Assembly: GCA_021814005.1 (NCBI GenBank)
Contig: JAKAJC010000004.1
Location: forward strand, 230-64,229
Direction: 5' to 3'
DNA: 64,000 nucleotides
Source of the DNA: Candidatus Micrarchaeota archaeon
GTDB taxonomy: Archaea; Micrarchaeota; Micrarchaeia; Anstonellales; Anstonellaceae
Part shown: piece by piece, positions 36,264 through 43,666 of the stretch
How the letters are laid out: the number at the start of each line of letters is the position of its first letter
Position numbering within the stretch: position 1 is the stretch's first letter
Translations under genes and position numbers: made by a program
The notes under the pieces: model-generated
Told to the model about the DNA's origin: nothing
Database searches by the model: none
Seen by the model: only the letters and a program-made list of their open reading frames with translations

Positions 36264-36311
36264 CTGTATTTTCAGCCCCCTTCTTGAGGCTAAGGCTGAG
36301 CTTTTGATATT

Positions 36312-36392
36312 CTATTTTTTTGCTGTTTTGCTGTTGCCTATTTTTGCTATTCTGTTACTGCCTATTGTTCGCTGTTCTGCTTTGCCTGCTTC
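36312..36392. repeat. Adenine-poor T/G/C low-complexity tract with degenerate GCTGTT / TGCCTATT repeats
   Basis: Sequence is ttttttgctgttttgctgttgcctatttttgctattctgttactgcctattgttcgctgttctgctttgcctgctt, in a divergent intergenic region. It generates the artefactual N-terminus MLFCCCLFLLFCYC of track ORF 36320. Confidence 0.6.
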
Positions 36393-36487
36393 AATTCGGG
36401 CATAAAAGAATATATACCCCAATCAGGGCACGGGGAGCGCATAAGCCAATCCATCTCCCTTTTATTCCTCCATGCCTTTATTTTTTT

Positions 36488-37924
36488 GTGGGAAACCCGT
36501 TTGATTTCGACGACACGTCGAGCGTAAAAGTGCCGTCCACTTTGCTCGAGCAGGTAATCGGGCAGGAGGAAGCCGTGCGCCTTGCCCGCGTCATCGCAAA
36601 GCAGCGCCGCCATCTTCTGCTGGTAGGCCCGCCCGGCACAGGCAAATCCATGGTGGCGCAGGCCATCTCCTCTATCTTGCCCAGGCCGACTCAGGAAGTT
36701 TCCGTGCTTCACAATCCTGCCAAACCAGAGCGCCCATTCCTAGAAGTACGCACCCGCCCCCAAATCGAGGAGCAGGTCCGCGGCAGGCCTCCCGCAGGCC
36801 TTCTAATGCCAATCGAGCAGGCGCCCCCCTTTGTGACCGAGCGCCTCGGCTACCGCTGCCACGCATGCAGCCGCAACTCATCTCCAGACGCGCCTCTCTG
36901 CCCGCATTGCGGCGCCGAGAAATTCCGCGGCGGCGCGGGCCCGTTCGATGATTTGGTTGTGGGCCTTGGCGCGCCCGAGCGCGAGGAATCTGTTTCCACC
37001 ACCCGCATAATGGGCGGCAAGGAAGAGCTTGTGGTGTTCGAGCGCTTTGACGACCGCTGCGTGCGCGCGCTTGACCAGAAAGAGCTTTCCAAGCTCGACC
37101 ATTCCGACACGCAGCTGCCGCGCAACATTCTTCTCAATCTTGAGCGCCCCTGCTTTGTGCAGGCGACAGGCGCGTCAGAAACAGAGCTTCTGGGCGATGT
37201 GCGCCACGACCCGTACGGAGGGCATTACCAAATCGGCACTCCGCCCTATTCGCGCGTGGTGGCTGGAGGCGTGCACGAGGCGCACGAGGGTGTGCTGTTT
37301 ATCGACGAGCTGGTCTCTCTGGGACGGCTGCAGCGCCACCTTCTCACCGCAATGCAGGAGCGAAAATTCCCAATCACCGGGCGCAACGCATCCTCAACCG
37401 GCGCGTCTGTGCGCGTGGATTCAGTGCCGTGCGAATTCATTCTTGTCGCGGCAGTAAACACATCCGACTTGCGCAAAATCCTGCCACCACTGCGCTCGCG
37501 CATAGGCGGCAACGGCTACGAGCTGCTCATCAACACCACCATGCCCGACACCGAGGCAAACGTGCAGAAGCTGGCCCAGTTCGCGGCTCAGGAAGTGCGG
37601 CGCGACGGCCGCATTCCGCACGCAAGCCGCGCGGCCGTGGAGGCGCTGGTGGGCGAGGCGCGCCGCCGCGCCAAATCTGTTGACCACGCGGCCGGCCTCA
37701 CGCTGCGCCTTCGCTCTTTGTCAGGCATTCTCAAAATGGCCGGAGACTGGGCGGTGTCAGACACTGCCCCGCTTATCGAGGAAAAGCATGTGAAGCTGGC
37801 GATTGAGCGCGGCAAGCCTGTTGAAGAGCAGATTATGGGCCGCTACGGCAGCGCATACAAGGCCGCCATGTCGGACTGGGGGCTTTCAAACCGCGTGCCC
37901 ACTGATGACAAAAACATCGGCTAG
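36488..37924 (+). CDS. LonB-like AAA+ ATPase lacking the protease domain and the TM insert, with a zinc ribbon between Walker A and Walker B
   Basis: VPSTLLEQVIGQEEAV...LLLVGPPGTGKS (Walker A), ETELLGDVRHDPYGG, GVLFIDE (Walker B), VPCEFILVAAVN and LTLRLRSLSGILKMAGDWA all match the archaeal LonB ATPase pattern. The ORF stops ~35 aa after the alpha-domain. Start assumed at in-frame GTG 36488 and is uncertain. Confidence 0.75.
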   Translation: MGNPFDFDDTSSVKVPSTLLEQVIGQEEAVRLARVIAKQRRHLLLVGPPGTGKSMVAQAISSILPRPTQEVSVLHNPAKPERPFLEVRTRPQIEEQVRGRPPAGLLMPIEQAPPFVTERLGYRCHACSRNSSPDAPLCPHCGAEKFRGGAGPFDDLVVGLGAPEREESVSTTRIMGGKEELVVFERFDDRCVRALDQKELSKLDHSDTQLPRNILLNLERPCFVQATGASETELLGDVRHDPYGGHYQIGTPPYSRVVAGGVHEAHEGVLFIDELVSLGRLQRHLLTAMQERKFPITGRNASSTGASVRVDSVPCEFILVAAVNTSDLRKILPPLRSRIGGNGYELLINTTMPDTEANVQKLAQFAAQEVRRDGRIPHASRAAVEALVGEARRRAKSVDHAAGLTLRLRSLSGILKMAGDWAVSDTAPLIEEKHVKLAIERGKPVEEQIMGRYGSAYKAAMSDWGLSNRVPTDDKNIG

Positions 37925-37947
37925 AAAAAGCCGATTAAGCATTCGGA

Positions 37948-38769
37948 CTAATTAGCCGCCTTTTTCATGCGCCCGGCCCAGGCAGTCTCGCGGGCGCGCT
38001 CTTCTCCGTAAATGTATATGTCCTCGAGCATTTTTTCGCCAGTTTTCACCCATTTCAAAAACGCGCGCTGCTCAGCCCCGTCCATGTACATCGCAGTCTT
38101 GTGCATTATTCCGGTCATGAAATAAATCAGTTCGGCCGCTTTCGGCTCTGGCGCATCAGGATTGTTTTTGAAATACCGCTGGCGGGAAATGGCATCTTCC
38201 AAATCATTGAACCGATAGACAAACCACTCAACCGAAATTGCGAACGCTATGGATTTCACCAGCGCAACCTGCTCCGCGCTCGCCTCTTTTCTCGGACCCG
38301 CTTCGGCGAAAAAGGCCTGATTCTCCTCAGGTGTTCTCTTCATGGCCCGCATGACTGAAGGGCCCCAAAGCACGAGATTCATATATGCCTCGAAGGGGCT
38401 TCCGCGCTTGTGATACAACACCTGAGGCGAGTCGGACAGCGCGCCAAGCCATTGCTTCATGGGGCCGGTGATTGATTCCGGCGCCTGCCCCTCAAACGGC
38501 TTTATTTCTTTAATCAATTCAAACCACTGGCTGGCTGCGGCGCCAAATTCGCGGATTTGCTGCATCCGATATTCTGAAACCGCTATGCCCATTTTTGATT
38601 TGTCTATCTCCGGCGCCAGCCGTTCTATCTTATGGCGTCCCCTGCGGTTGAGGCGAATCGGCACAATCTCCGGCGTCAGCCGTTCAATCTTATGGAGTCC
38701 ACTGCGGTTGAGGCGAATCGACGCAATGTCAAGCTTGCCGCTCGGCGTGGAGTTTATCGCTTTTCGCAT
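37948..38769 (-). CDS. Hypothetical protein (273 aa) with an N-terminal duplicated 20-aa motif
   Basis: Start moved from 39084 to ATG 38769, since the upstream part overlaps the herA-like start and promoter. ATTAAAAA lies 24-31 nt upstream. No family recognised. Confidence 0.65.
   Translation of the reverse strand: MRKAINSTPSGKLDIASIRLNRSGLHKIERLTPEIVPIRLNRRGRHKIERLAPEIDKSKMGIAVSEYRMQQIREFGAAASQWFELIKEIKPFEGQAPESITGPMKQWLGALSDSPQVLYHKRGSPFEAYMNLVLWGPSVMRAMKRTPEENQAFFAEAGPRKEASAEQVALVKSIAFAISVEWFVYRFNDLEDAISRQRYFKNNPDAPEPKAAELIYFMTGIMHKTAMYMDGAEQRAFLKWVKTGEKMLEDIYIYGEERARETAWAGRMKKAAN
38606..38725. repeat. Two tandem 60-bp units (~90% identical), in frame within CDS 37948..38769
   Basis: Unit 1 (38606-38665) and unit 2 (38666-38725) align with ~6 mismatches. 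They encode IRLNRxGxHKIERLxPEI twice. Confidence 0.85.
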
Positions 38770-38809
38770 GTTGTTTACTATGGTTTTTGTTGTTTTTAAT
38801 AGCAGAGGG

Positions 38810-38834
38810 GCGGAAAAGCGCCTCCCATCTCTTT
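38810..38834. repeat. 25-nt direct repeat, copy 1 (GCGGAAAAGCGCCTCCCATCTCTTT)
   Basis: Perfect copy of 38911-38935. Lies 10 nt from the minus-strand TATA (38793-38800). Confidence 0.85.
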
Positions 38835-38843
38835 CCGAACCGC

Positions 38844-38867
38844 GGAGGGGGGCTTTGGCCCCCCTCC
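38844..38867. other. GC-rich perfect hairpin (10-bp stem, 4-nt loop) centred between the two 25-nt repeats
   Basis: GGAGGGGGGC-TTTG-GCCCCCCTCC. Confidence 0.8.
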
Positions 38868-38910
38868 CCAGTTTGAGGTTCTTCCTGACCCTCCCCCCAC
38901 GAATATTTGA

Positions 38911-38935
38911 GCGGAAAAGCGCCTCCCATCTCTTT
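38911..38935. repeat. 25-nt direct repeat, copy 2, abutting the herA-like TATA
   Basis: Perfect copy of 38810-38834. Its 3' end merges into CTTTTTATTG (38932-38941), 21-30 nt upstream of ATG 38962. Confidence 0.85.
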
Positions 38936-38961
38936 TTATTGTTCACGACGTAAAGCGAGAC

Positions 38962-40506
38962 ATGGTTTCCGGCCCAACCACCTCCCCTCTTCCCGCTTCC
39001 GCGCTGGGCACTGTCATCTCCACTTTCGAGGGCACCCCCAACACGGCCGAATTTCATTTTGTCATCCAGTCGGGCGACGTGCACAAGGGCCAGTTCGTGC
39101 AGGTTGTCACCCCTTCCGGCCCTGTCCTTGGCTCGATAACCGAAATCTCGCGCGCCAACCGCTATTTCGAGCGCGCCGAATCTGTTGCAGAATACGAGCG
39201 CCTTGGCGTGCTATCATCGCAGTTCCCCACAACCGAATGGGAATACATGGTTGCGGTGGTGCGGGTGCAGGGCGTGCTCAACGGCGCGCACATGGGCCGC
39301 TGCTCCATCCCCGTCGCCCCCGGCGCGGCCGTTTCGGCAGCAACAGAGGAGCAGCTCAAATCTTTTCTTGGGTTTGACGATTCGGGCCTTCATGTGGGCA
39401 CAGTGGCCTATCATACGCTGCCAGTGCGCCTTGGTTTGGGCCGCCTTTTGCAAAAGCATCTGGCAATTCTGGCCATGTCTGGCGCAGGCAAATCCTATCT
39501 TGCCTCTGTTCTAATCGAGGAGCTGCTTGACCGGCCGGCAGCCAGCGGCCGCCTGGCCGTTGTTGCGCTTGACCAGCACGGAGAATATGTTGGCTTCAAA
39601 GATTCAATTTACCGCGACCGCGTCACCGTGGTGCCGGGCAAGAAAATCCGCATCGGCCTTCGCCATCTCTCAGCCTCCCATCTGGCCGAATGGTCTGAAA
39701 TGTCATCCACCGCGCGCCGCGCTCTTGACAAGCATGTGGCTGCCCTCAAGGCCGAGATAAAAGAAAAGCAGGAGCCGGTTGGCCTCTCCGAATTGATTGA
39801 GCGCGTGCGCGACGATGCCGACCTCAACAAAAAGGAAAATGTGCGCGGCCCCCTTCTTGCCGCGCTCGAAGAGCTTGAGCATCTGCACCTCATAGGCACA
39901 ACCGACACCCTCAAACTTTCCGAGCTGATAAAGCCCGGACATCTCATAGTGCTCGACCTTTCCGACATTGACGATTTGCGCAAAAAGCAGATGATTGTCG
40001 CATACTACGGCCGCAAACTGTTCCGCCAGCGCAAGAAAGGCCTTATCCCGCCCTATGTCATGCTGGTGGAAGAGGCGCACAATTTTGCGCGCGAAAAGGC
40101 CGAGCGGCGCAACGCGCTTTCAAAATCCATGATTGAAACCATTGCGCGCGAGGGAAGAAAATTCGGCGCAAGTCTTTGTCTCATCACCCAGCGCCCCGTC
40201 CAATTGTCCACAACCGCCCTCTCGCAATGCAATTCCAACATCATTTTGCGTGTAACAAATCCGTTCGACCTCAAGCACATCGGCGAATCATGCGAGGGCA
40301 TCGACTCGCACATGCTTGACTCCATCACCTCATTGCGCGTGGGCGAGGCCCTTGTGGTGGGCGAGGCCGTGGGCGCGCCCATCTTTGTCAAGGTGAGGCA
40401 GCGCAAAAGCAAAGTTGTGGCGCGCGGCGAGTCTTTGGAAAAGCTGGCAAAAGAATTTGAGGAAAAAGACAAAAGAAAAGAGGACGAGATTGAGGCATTT
40501 CTCTAA
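38962..40506 (+). CDS. HerA-like ATPase (DUF87/COG0433, FtsK-HerA superfamily)
   Basis: N-terminal barrel pattern (GTVISTFEGTPNTAEFHFVI...GQFVQVV), Walker A LAMSGAGKSY, Walker B HLIVLDLSD and VMLVEEAHNF, in 514 aa. Confidence 0.85.
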   Translation: MVSGPTTSPLPASALGTVISTFEGTPNTAEFHFVIQSGDVHKGQFVQVVTPSGPVLGSITEISRANRYFERAESVAEYERLGVLSSQFPTTEWEYMVAVVRVQGVLNGAHMGRCSIPVAPGAAVSAATEEQLKSFLGFDDSGLHVGTVAYHTLPVRLGLGRLLQKHLAILAMSGAGKSYLASVLIEELLDRPAASGRLAVVALDQHGEYVGFKDSIYRDRVTVVPGKKIRIGLRHLSASHLAEWSEMSSTARRALDKHVAALKAEIKEKQEPVGLSELIERVRDDADLNKKENVRGPLLAALEELEHLHLIGTTDTLKLSELIKPGHLIVLDLSDIDDLRKKQMIVAYYGRKLFRQRKKGLIPPYVMLVEEAHNFAREKAERRNALSKSMIETIAREGRKFGASLCLITQRPVQLSTTALSQCNSNIILRVTNPFDLKHIGESCEGIDSHMLDSITSLRVGEALVVGEAVGAPIFVKVRQRKSKVVARGESLEKLAKEFEEKDKRKEDEIEAFL

Positions 40507-41030
40507 GCCTTCTTTGACTTCCTGCCTCTTGCCGCCATTTCCTTTCTCTCTTTTTTGATATAATCATCCAAAAGCGCGTTTTCGGCCAGAGCGTAGAACT
40601 CTGTTTTTATGTTTTTCAGCATATGGCGCGCCTGGTCGTAAAATCCGGCGTCTCTCAGACCGGTGGAAATGTCAATCCACACGAAGTCGCGGTCGTACAC
40701 CGACATGGCGTCAGTTTCAACAACTTTTTGCGCCTGCAATATGGCATCCTCGAAAGTGTGGCTTGCCACCTTCCACATCCCGTGTTTGGCCTCCTCCACG
40801 GCGCACGACACCTTGTCTTTTATGTTAAAGGTGGCGAGCATGCCAAACTCGTTCAGTATGGCCTTTTTGTTGCGGTTGTGCCAGTAGATGTTGAAAACAT
40901 TGCGTTTTATCTGCGCCGGTATTTTTTTTATCTGGTTGAATTTTTCCGGCCTGCGCCAGTCTGGAAAAGGAGAAGGTTTCAATTCGGGGTTCGGGGCCAA
41001 TGTCTGTATCCTCAGTCCCTCCATATACAA
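40503..41030 (-). CDS. Hypothetical protein (175 aa)
   Basis: ORF convergent with the herA-like gene, with stops overlapping by 4 nt. GC is visibly lower. No family recognised. Confidence 0.55.
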   Translation of the reverse strand: MYMEGLRIQTLAPNPELKPSPFPDWRRPEKFNQIKKIPAQIKRNVFNIYWHNRNKKAILNEFGMLATFNIKDKVSCAVEEAKHGMWKVASHTFEDAILQAQKVVETDAMSVYDRDFVWIDISTGLRDAGFYDQARHMLKNIKTEFYALAENALLDDYIKKERKEMAARGRKSKKA

Positions 41031-41113
41031 TCAATACGCGTGGGAAAAGAATAAAAATCGGTGTTTTCGTCAATTCCCAAACCGATAAAACACAAGGCTG
41101 TGAGAACTTCATC

Positions 41114-42013
41114 ATGCGCAAAATCAACGCCGTGGCCAATCTTCCGCTGCAGTTGCGAAACTTCTGGCACGGCAAAATAGGCAATCAGCAGATGCAGTTC
41201 CACCTCTATACTGCCTCCGCGCGCGCCGCATTGCGAACCGAAGTAGAAAAAGCAGTAGAAAAATACGAAAATTCGGGCAATATGCTTTCCGCAGACAGGC
41301 TTTCGCGCTACTGGGAATATTTGTCTGCCTACATTGCGGCGCAAAACGAGAATAGCGGCGGCAAACCTGTCAGGCCCTCCTTCGATCTCTCGTCTTTTCT
41401 GCGCCTTCTTTACGCCGGCAAAAAACCTGCAAAATTCTGGCATGATTTTTCGCACACTTACAATTTGCGTGCGCCAATCGGCGGAATGTTCTGGGATTAT
41501 TTTGAGGAATTTCAAATCAGGCGGCTGGACATTGCCAATTGGCTTGCCGAAAATTCAAAAGGAAAAATCCTTGACATCGGTGCGGGCGCACATTCCTATA
41601 TTCCGGTCGATACGGCAGCCGACATTTCGAAAACTGCGCTGGCCGAAAATAAAAACGCAAAAAGAAAAATCGTGATAAATCCGCTGGACGAAATGACGGC
41701 CAATAACTGGCCGTTTGCGCGCCATTCGTTTGACACCGTCATGCTCAATTCAATTCTTTCTTATGTGAAAAATCACAAGCGTCTGCTGGCACTTATCCGC
41801 TCAACTCTGCGAAATGGCGGGGTTCTTCTCATCACAAATGCGCCGATTCTGCCGCACCATCCTGCCGCATTTTTTGTCAAAAAAGAAGTAAGCGCAAAAT
41901 CTCTTGCCCGTTCCCTCCATCAGGCAGGATTTGAGTTTGAAAACCACTCGCGCGGCGAAATTCTTCTAATCAAATCCACGCCACGCTCCACGCGCCGGCA
42001 TAAGCCAGCATGA
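41114..42013 (+). CDS. Class I SAM-dependent methyltransferase (299 aa)
   Basis: Motif I KILDIGAGAHSY, a later DTVMLNSILSYV and GGVLLITNAP. Start moved to ATG 41114. Confidence 0.7.
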   Translation: MRKINAVANLPLQLRNFWHGKIGNQQMQFHLYTASARAALRTEVEKAVEKYENSGNMLSADRLSRYWEYLSAYIAAQNENSGGKPVRPSFDLSSFLRLLYAGKKPAKFWHDFSHTYNLRAPIGGMFWDYFEEFQIRRLDIANWLAENSKGKILDIGAGAHSYIPVDTAADISKTALAENKNAKRKIVINPLDEMTANNWPFARHSFDTVMLNSILSYVKNHKRLLALIRSTLRNGGVLLITNAPILPHHPAAFFVKKEVSAKSLARSLHQAGFEFENHSRGEILLIKSTPRSTRRHKPA

Positions 42014-42563
42014 TGAAGCGCACTATTCTTCCTGCAATGCACCAGAAAAGAAATTCATACCATTTCATCCCCATCAGGCCTGCCGCAATTCCTGCAAAAT
42101 CAAAGAACGGATTGGGCAGGGCCGAGAGAAGAAACACGCCCGCCCCCGCCCATCGCGTGAGAATTGATGACTGCAGTTTCAAAAGCCACTTCAAAGTTTT
42201 GTCTTTTGTTTTGAGAAGATGGGTGGAGCCCTGTCCGATGAAAAATCCTGACAATTCTCCAATGCCCGAGCCTATGCCTGCAACCAAACCGAGCAGAAGC
42301 GGGTCAAGCGTGCGGCCAAGGCCGACAATTGCAAATTGCAGCGGCCCTGCAGGCACGAAAACCGTTGCAGATGCAAGAAACGCGATAAGAAATGCGCCAA
42401 AATAGGAGTATCTGCCCAAGATGCGGGCCAGATGGGGCGCGGCAAGCCAGATAATGGCCGAAACCAGCAGCATTGCGGCTATTTCAAAAAGCCCGATGCG
42501 AAATTCCTTTCCTGACTTGGCGCGAGAGGCAATATTTGTTTTTTTCCCTCTGTTCTTGCCCAT
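41970..42563 (-). CDS. DedA/VTT-domain membrane protein (YqaA-like)
   Basis: Polytopic 197-aa protein with YFGAFLIAFLASATVFVPAGP and ALPNPFFDFAGIAAG motifs typical of YqaA/DedA. Confidence 0.65.
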   Translation of the reverse strand: MGKNRGKKTNIASRAKSGKEFRIGLFEIAAMLLVSAIIWLAAPHLARILGRYSYFGAFLIAFLASATVFVPAGPLQFAIVGLGRTLDPLLLGLVAGIGSGIGELSGFFIGQGSTHLLKTKDKTLKWLLKLQSSILTRWAGAGVFLLSALPNPFFDFAGIAAGLMGMKWYEFLFWCIAGRIVRFIMLAYAGAWSVAWI

Positions 42564-42625
42564 ATGTCCAGTCGTTCGTCTTATCGTTTTAAATCCTCTG
42601 CCCTCATTTGCCCATTGGCGTTTCT

Positions 42626-43618
42626 ATGGCATCTCTTCCGAATTCAGAGCCTGAAGCCAACGAGCTTCGCACAGACTTCCTGGGCCGCAGCGTGGTGCTC
42701 ACCCCGCGCCGCGCATCCCGCCCCCATGATTTCGCCCCGGTAGTGCCGCAAAAGAGCGGCCTTCCCGCCCAATGTTTCTTCTGCCCAGGCAATGAAAGCA
42801 AAACTCCGCCCGAAATCGAGCGCGTGGCGGCCGACGGCTCATTCAAGCCGGCAGTCTCGCTCAATTCTCCCGACGTTTCCAAATGGCTTACGCGCGTTTT
42901 CCCAAACAAATTCCCAGCATTTGGCAAAAATTCCAAATCAGCATACGGCGCTCACGAGGTTATTGTGGAAACTTCCGACCACACCAAAACCCTTTCGCAA
43001 TTGGATGAGGCGGCTTTTGTGCGCTACTTGGGCATGATGGCCCGCCGCCTGCGCGCGCACGCAAAAGACCGCAAAATCAAATACACCTGCGTTTTCAAAA
43101 ACGAGTGGGCGGATGCGGGCGCATCTTTGGAGCACACCCACACCCAAATGGTTGCCATGAATGTGGTGCCTGACAACATCAAGAAGCAGAAGCGTTTGTG
43201 CGCATCCTCCTGCCCCTTCTGCCTTTTGGCTGTTGATGACAAATTTTCCAAAATCATAGACACTGGCCCGTTCCTTGTTGTTGCCCCCTATGCCCCGCGC
43301 TTTAACCACGAGGTCTGGATTGTGCCCCGCATGCACACTGCCAACATAGTTGATTTGGACGAGGAGGCTATCAAAGCCCTTGCGCGCACATTGCGCACAG
43401 TGCTGCGCGCGCAAGATTCCTATCTCAACTACCCAGCCTACAACATCCTCTTCTTCCTCGCCCCGCACCGCGAGAAGGCGTTCCACTTCCACATCGAAAT
43501 CTGCCCGCGCATGGCCAAATGGGCGGGCTTCGAGTACGGGGCCGAAACCGTGATGAATTCCATCAAGCCCGAATGGACTGCGGCCGAATACAAAGAGGAA
43601 ATTTCAAAGTTGAAATGA
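42626..43618 (+). CDS. Galactose-1-phosphate uridylyltransferase-like HIT-family nucleotidyltransferase
   Basis: CFFCPGNE zinc motif plus LEHTHTQ (HxHxQ active-site pattern) and a duplicated half-domain. ATG 42626 is preferred over TTG 42608. Confidence 0.75.
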   Translation: MASLPNSEPEANELRTDFLGRSVVLTPRRASRPHDFAPVVPQKSGLPAQCFFCPGNESKTPPEIERVAADGSFKPAVSLNSPDVSKWLTRVFPNKFPAFGKNSKSAYGAHEVIVETSDHTKTLSQLDEAAFVRYLGMMARRLRAHAKDRKIKYTCVFKNEWADAGASLEHTHTQMVAMNVVPDNIKKQKRLCASSCPFCLLAVDDKFSKIIDTGPFLVVAPYAPRFNHEVWIVPRMHTANIVDLDEEAIKALARTLRTVLRAQDSYLNYPAYNILFFLAPHREKAFHFHIEICPRMAKWAGFEYGAETVMNSIKPEWTAAEYKEEISKLK

Positions 43619-43666
43619 GGCTGCCTACCCCCACCTTTTTTTAGCTCTCCTCTCTATTGCTAGCCC

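Noticed and set aside
38606-38935. Repeats that might suggest a CRISPR array
   Set aside because: There are only two contiguous 60-bp units without spacers, and they lie inside a CDS. There is also a separate pair of 25-mers. No array periodicity and no cas genes are present.
38962-40506. HerA-like ATPase as the missing motor of the nine-gene operon
   Set aside because: It lies 7 kb away, separated by tRNA-His, nmd3, tRNA-Phe and other units, and has its own promoter. There is no evidence of linkage from this window alone, so the idea is kept only as something to test by co-occurrence.
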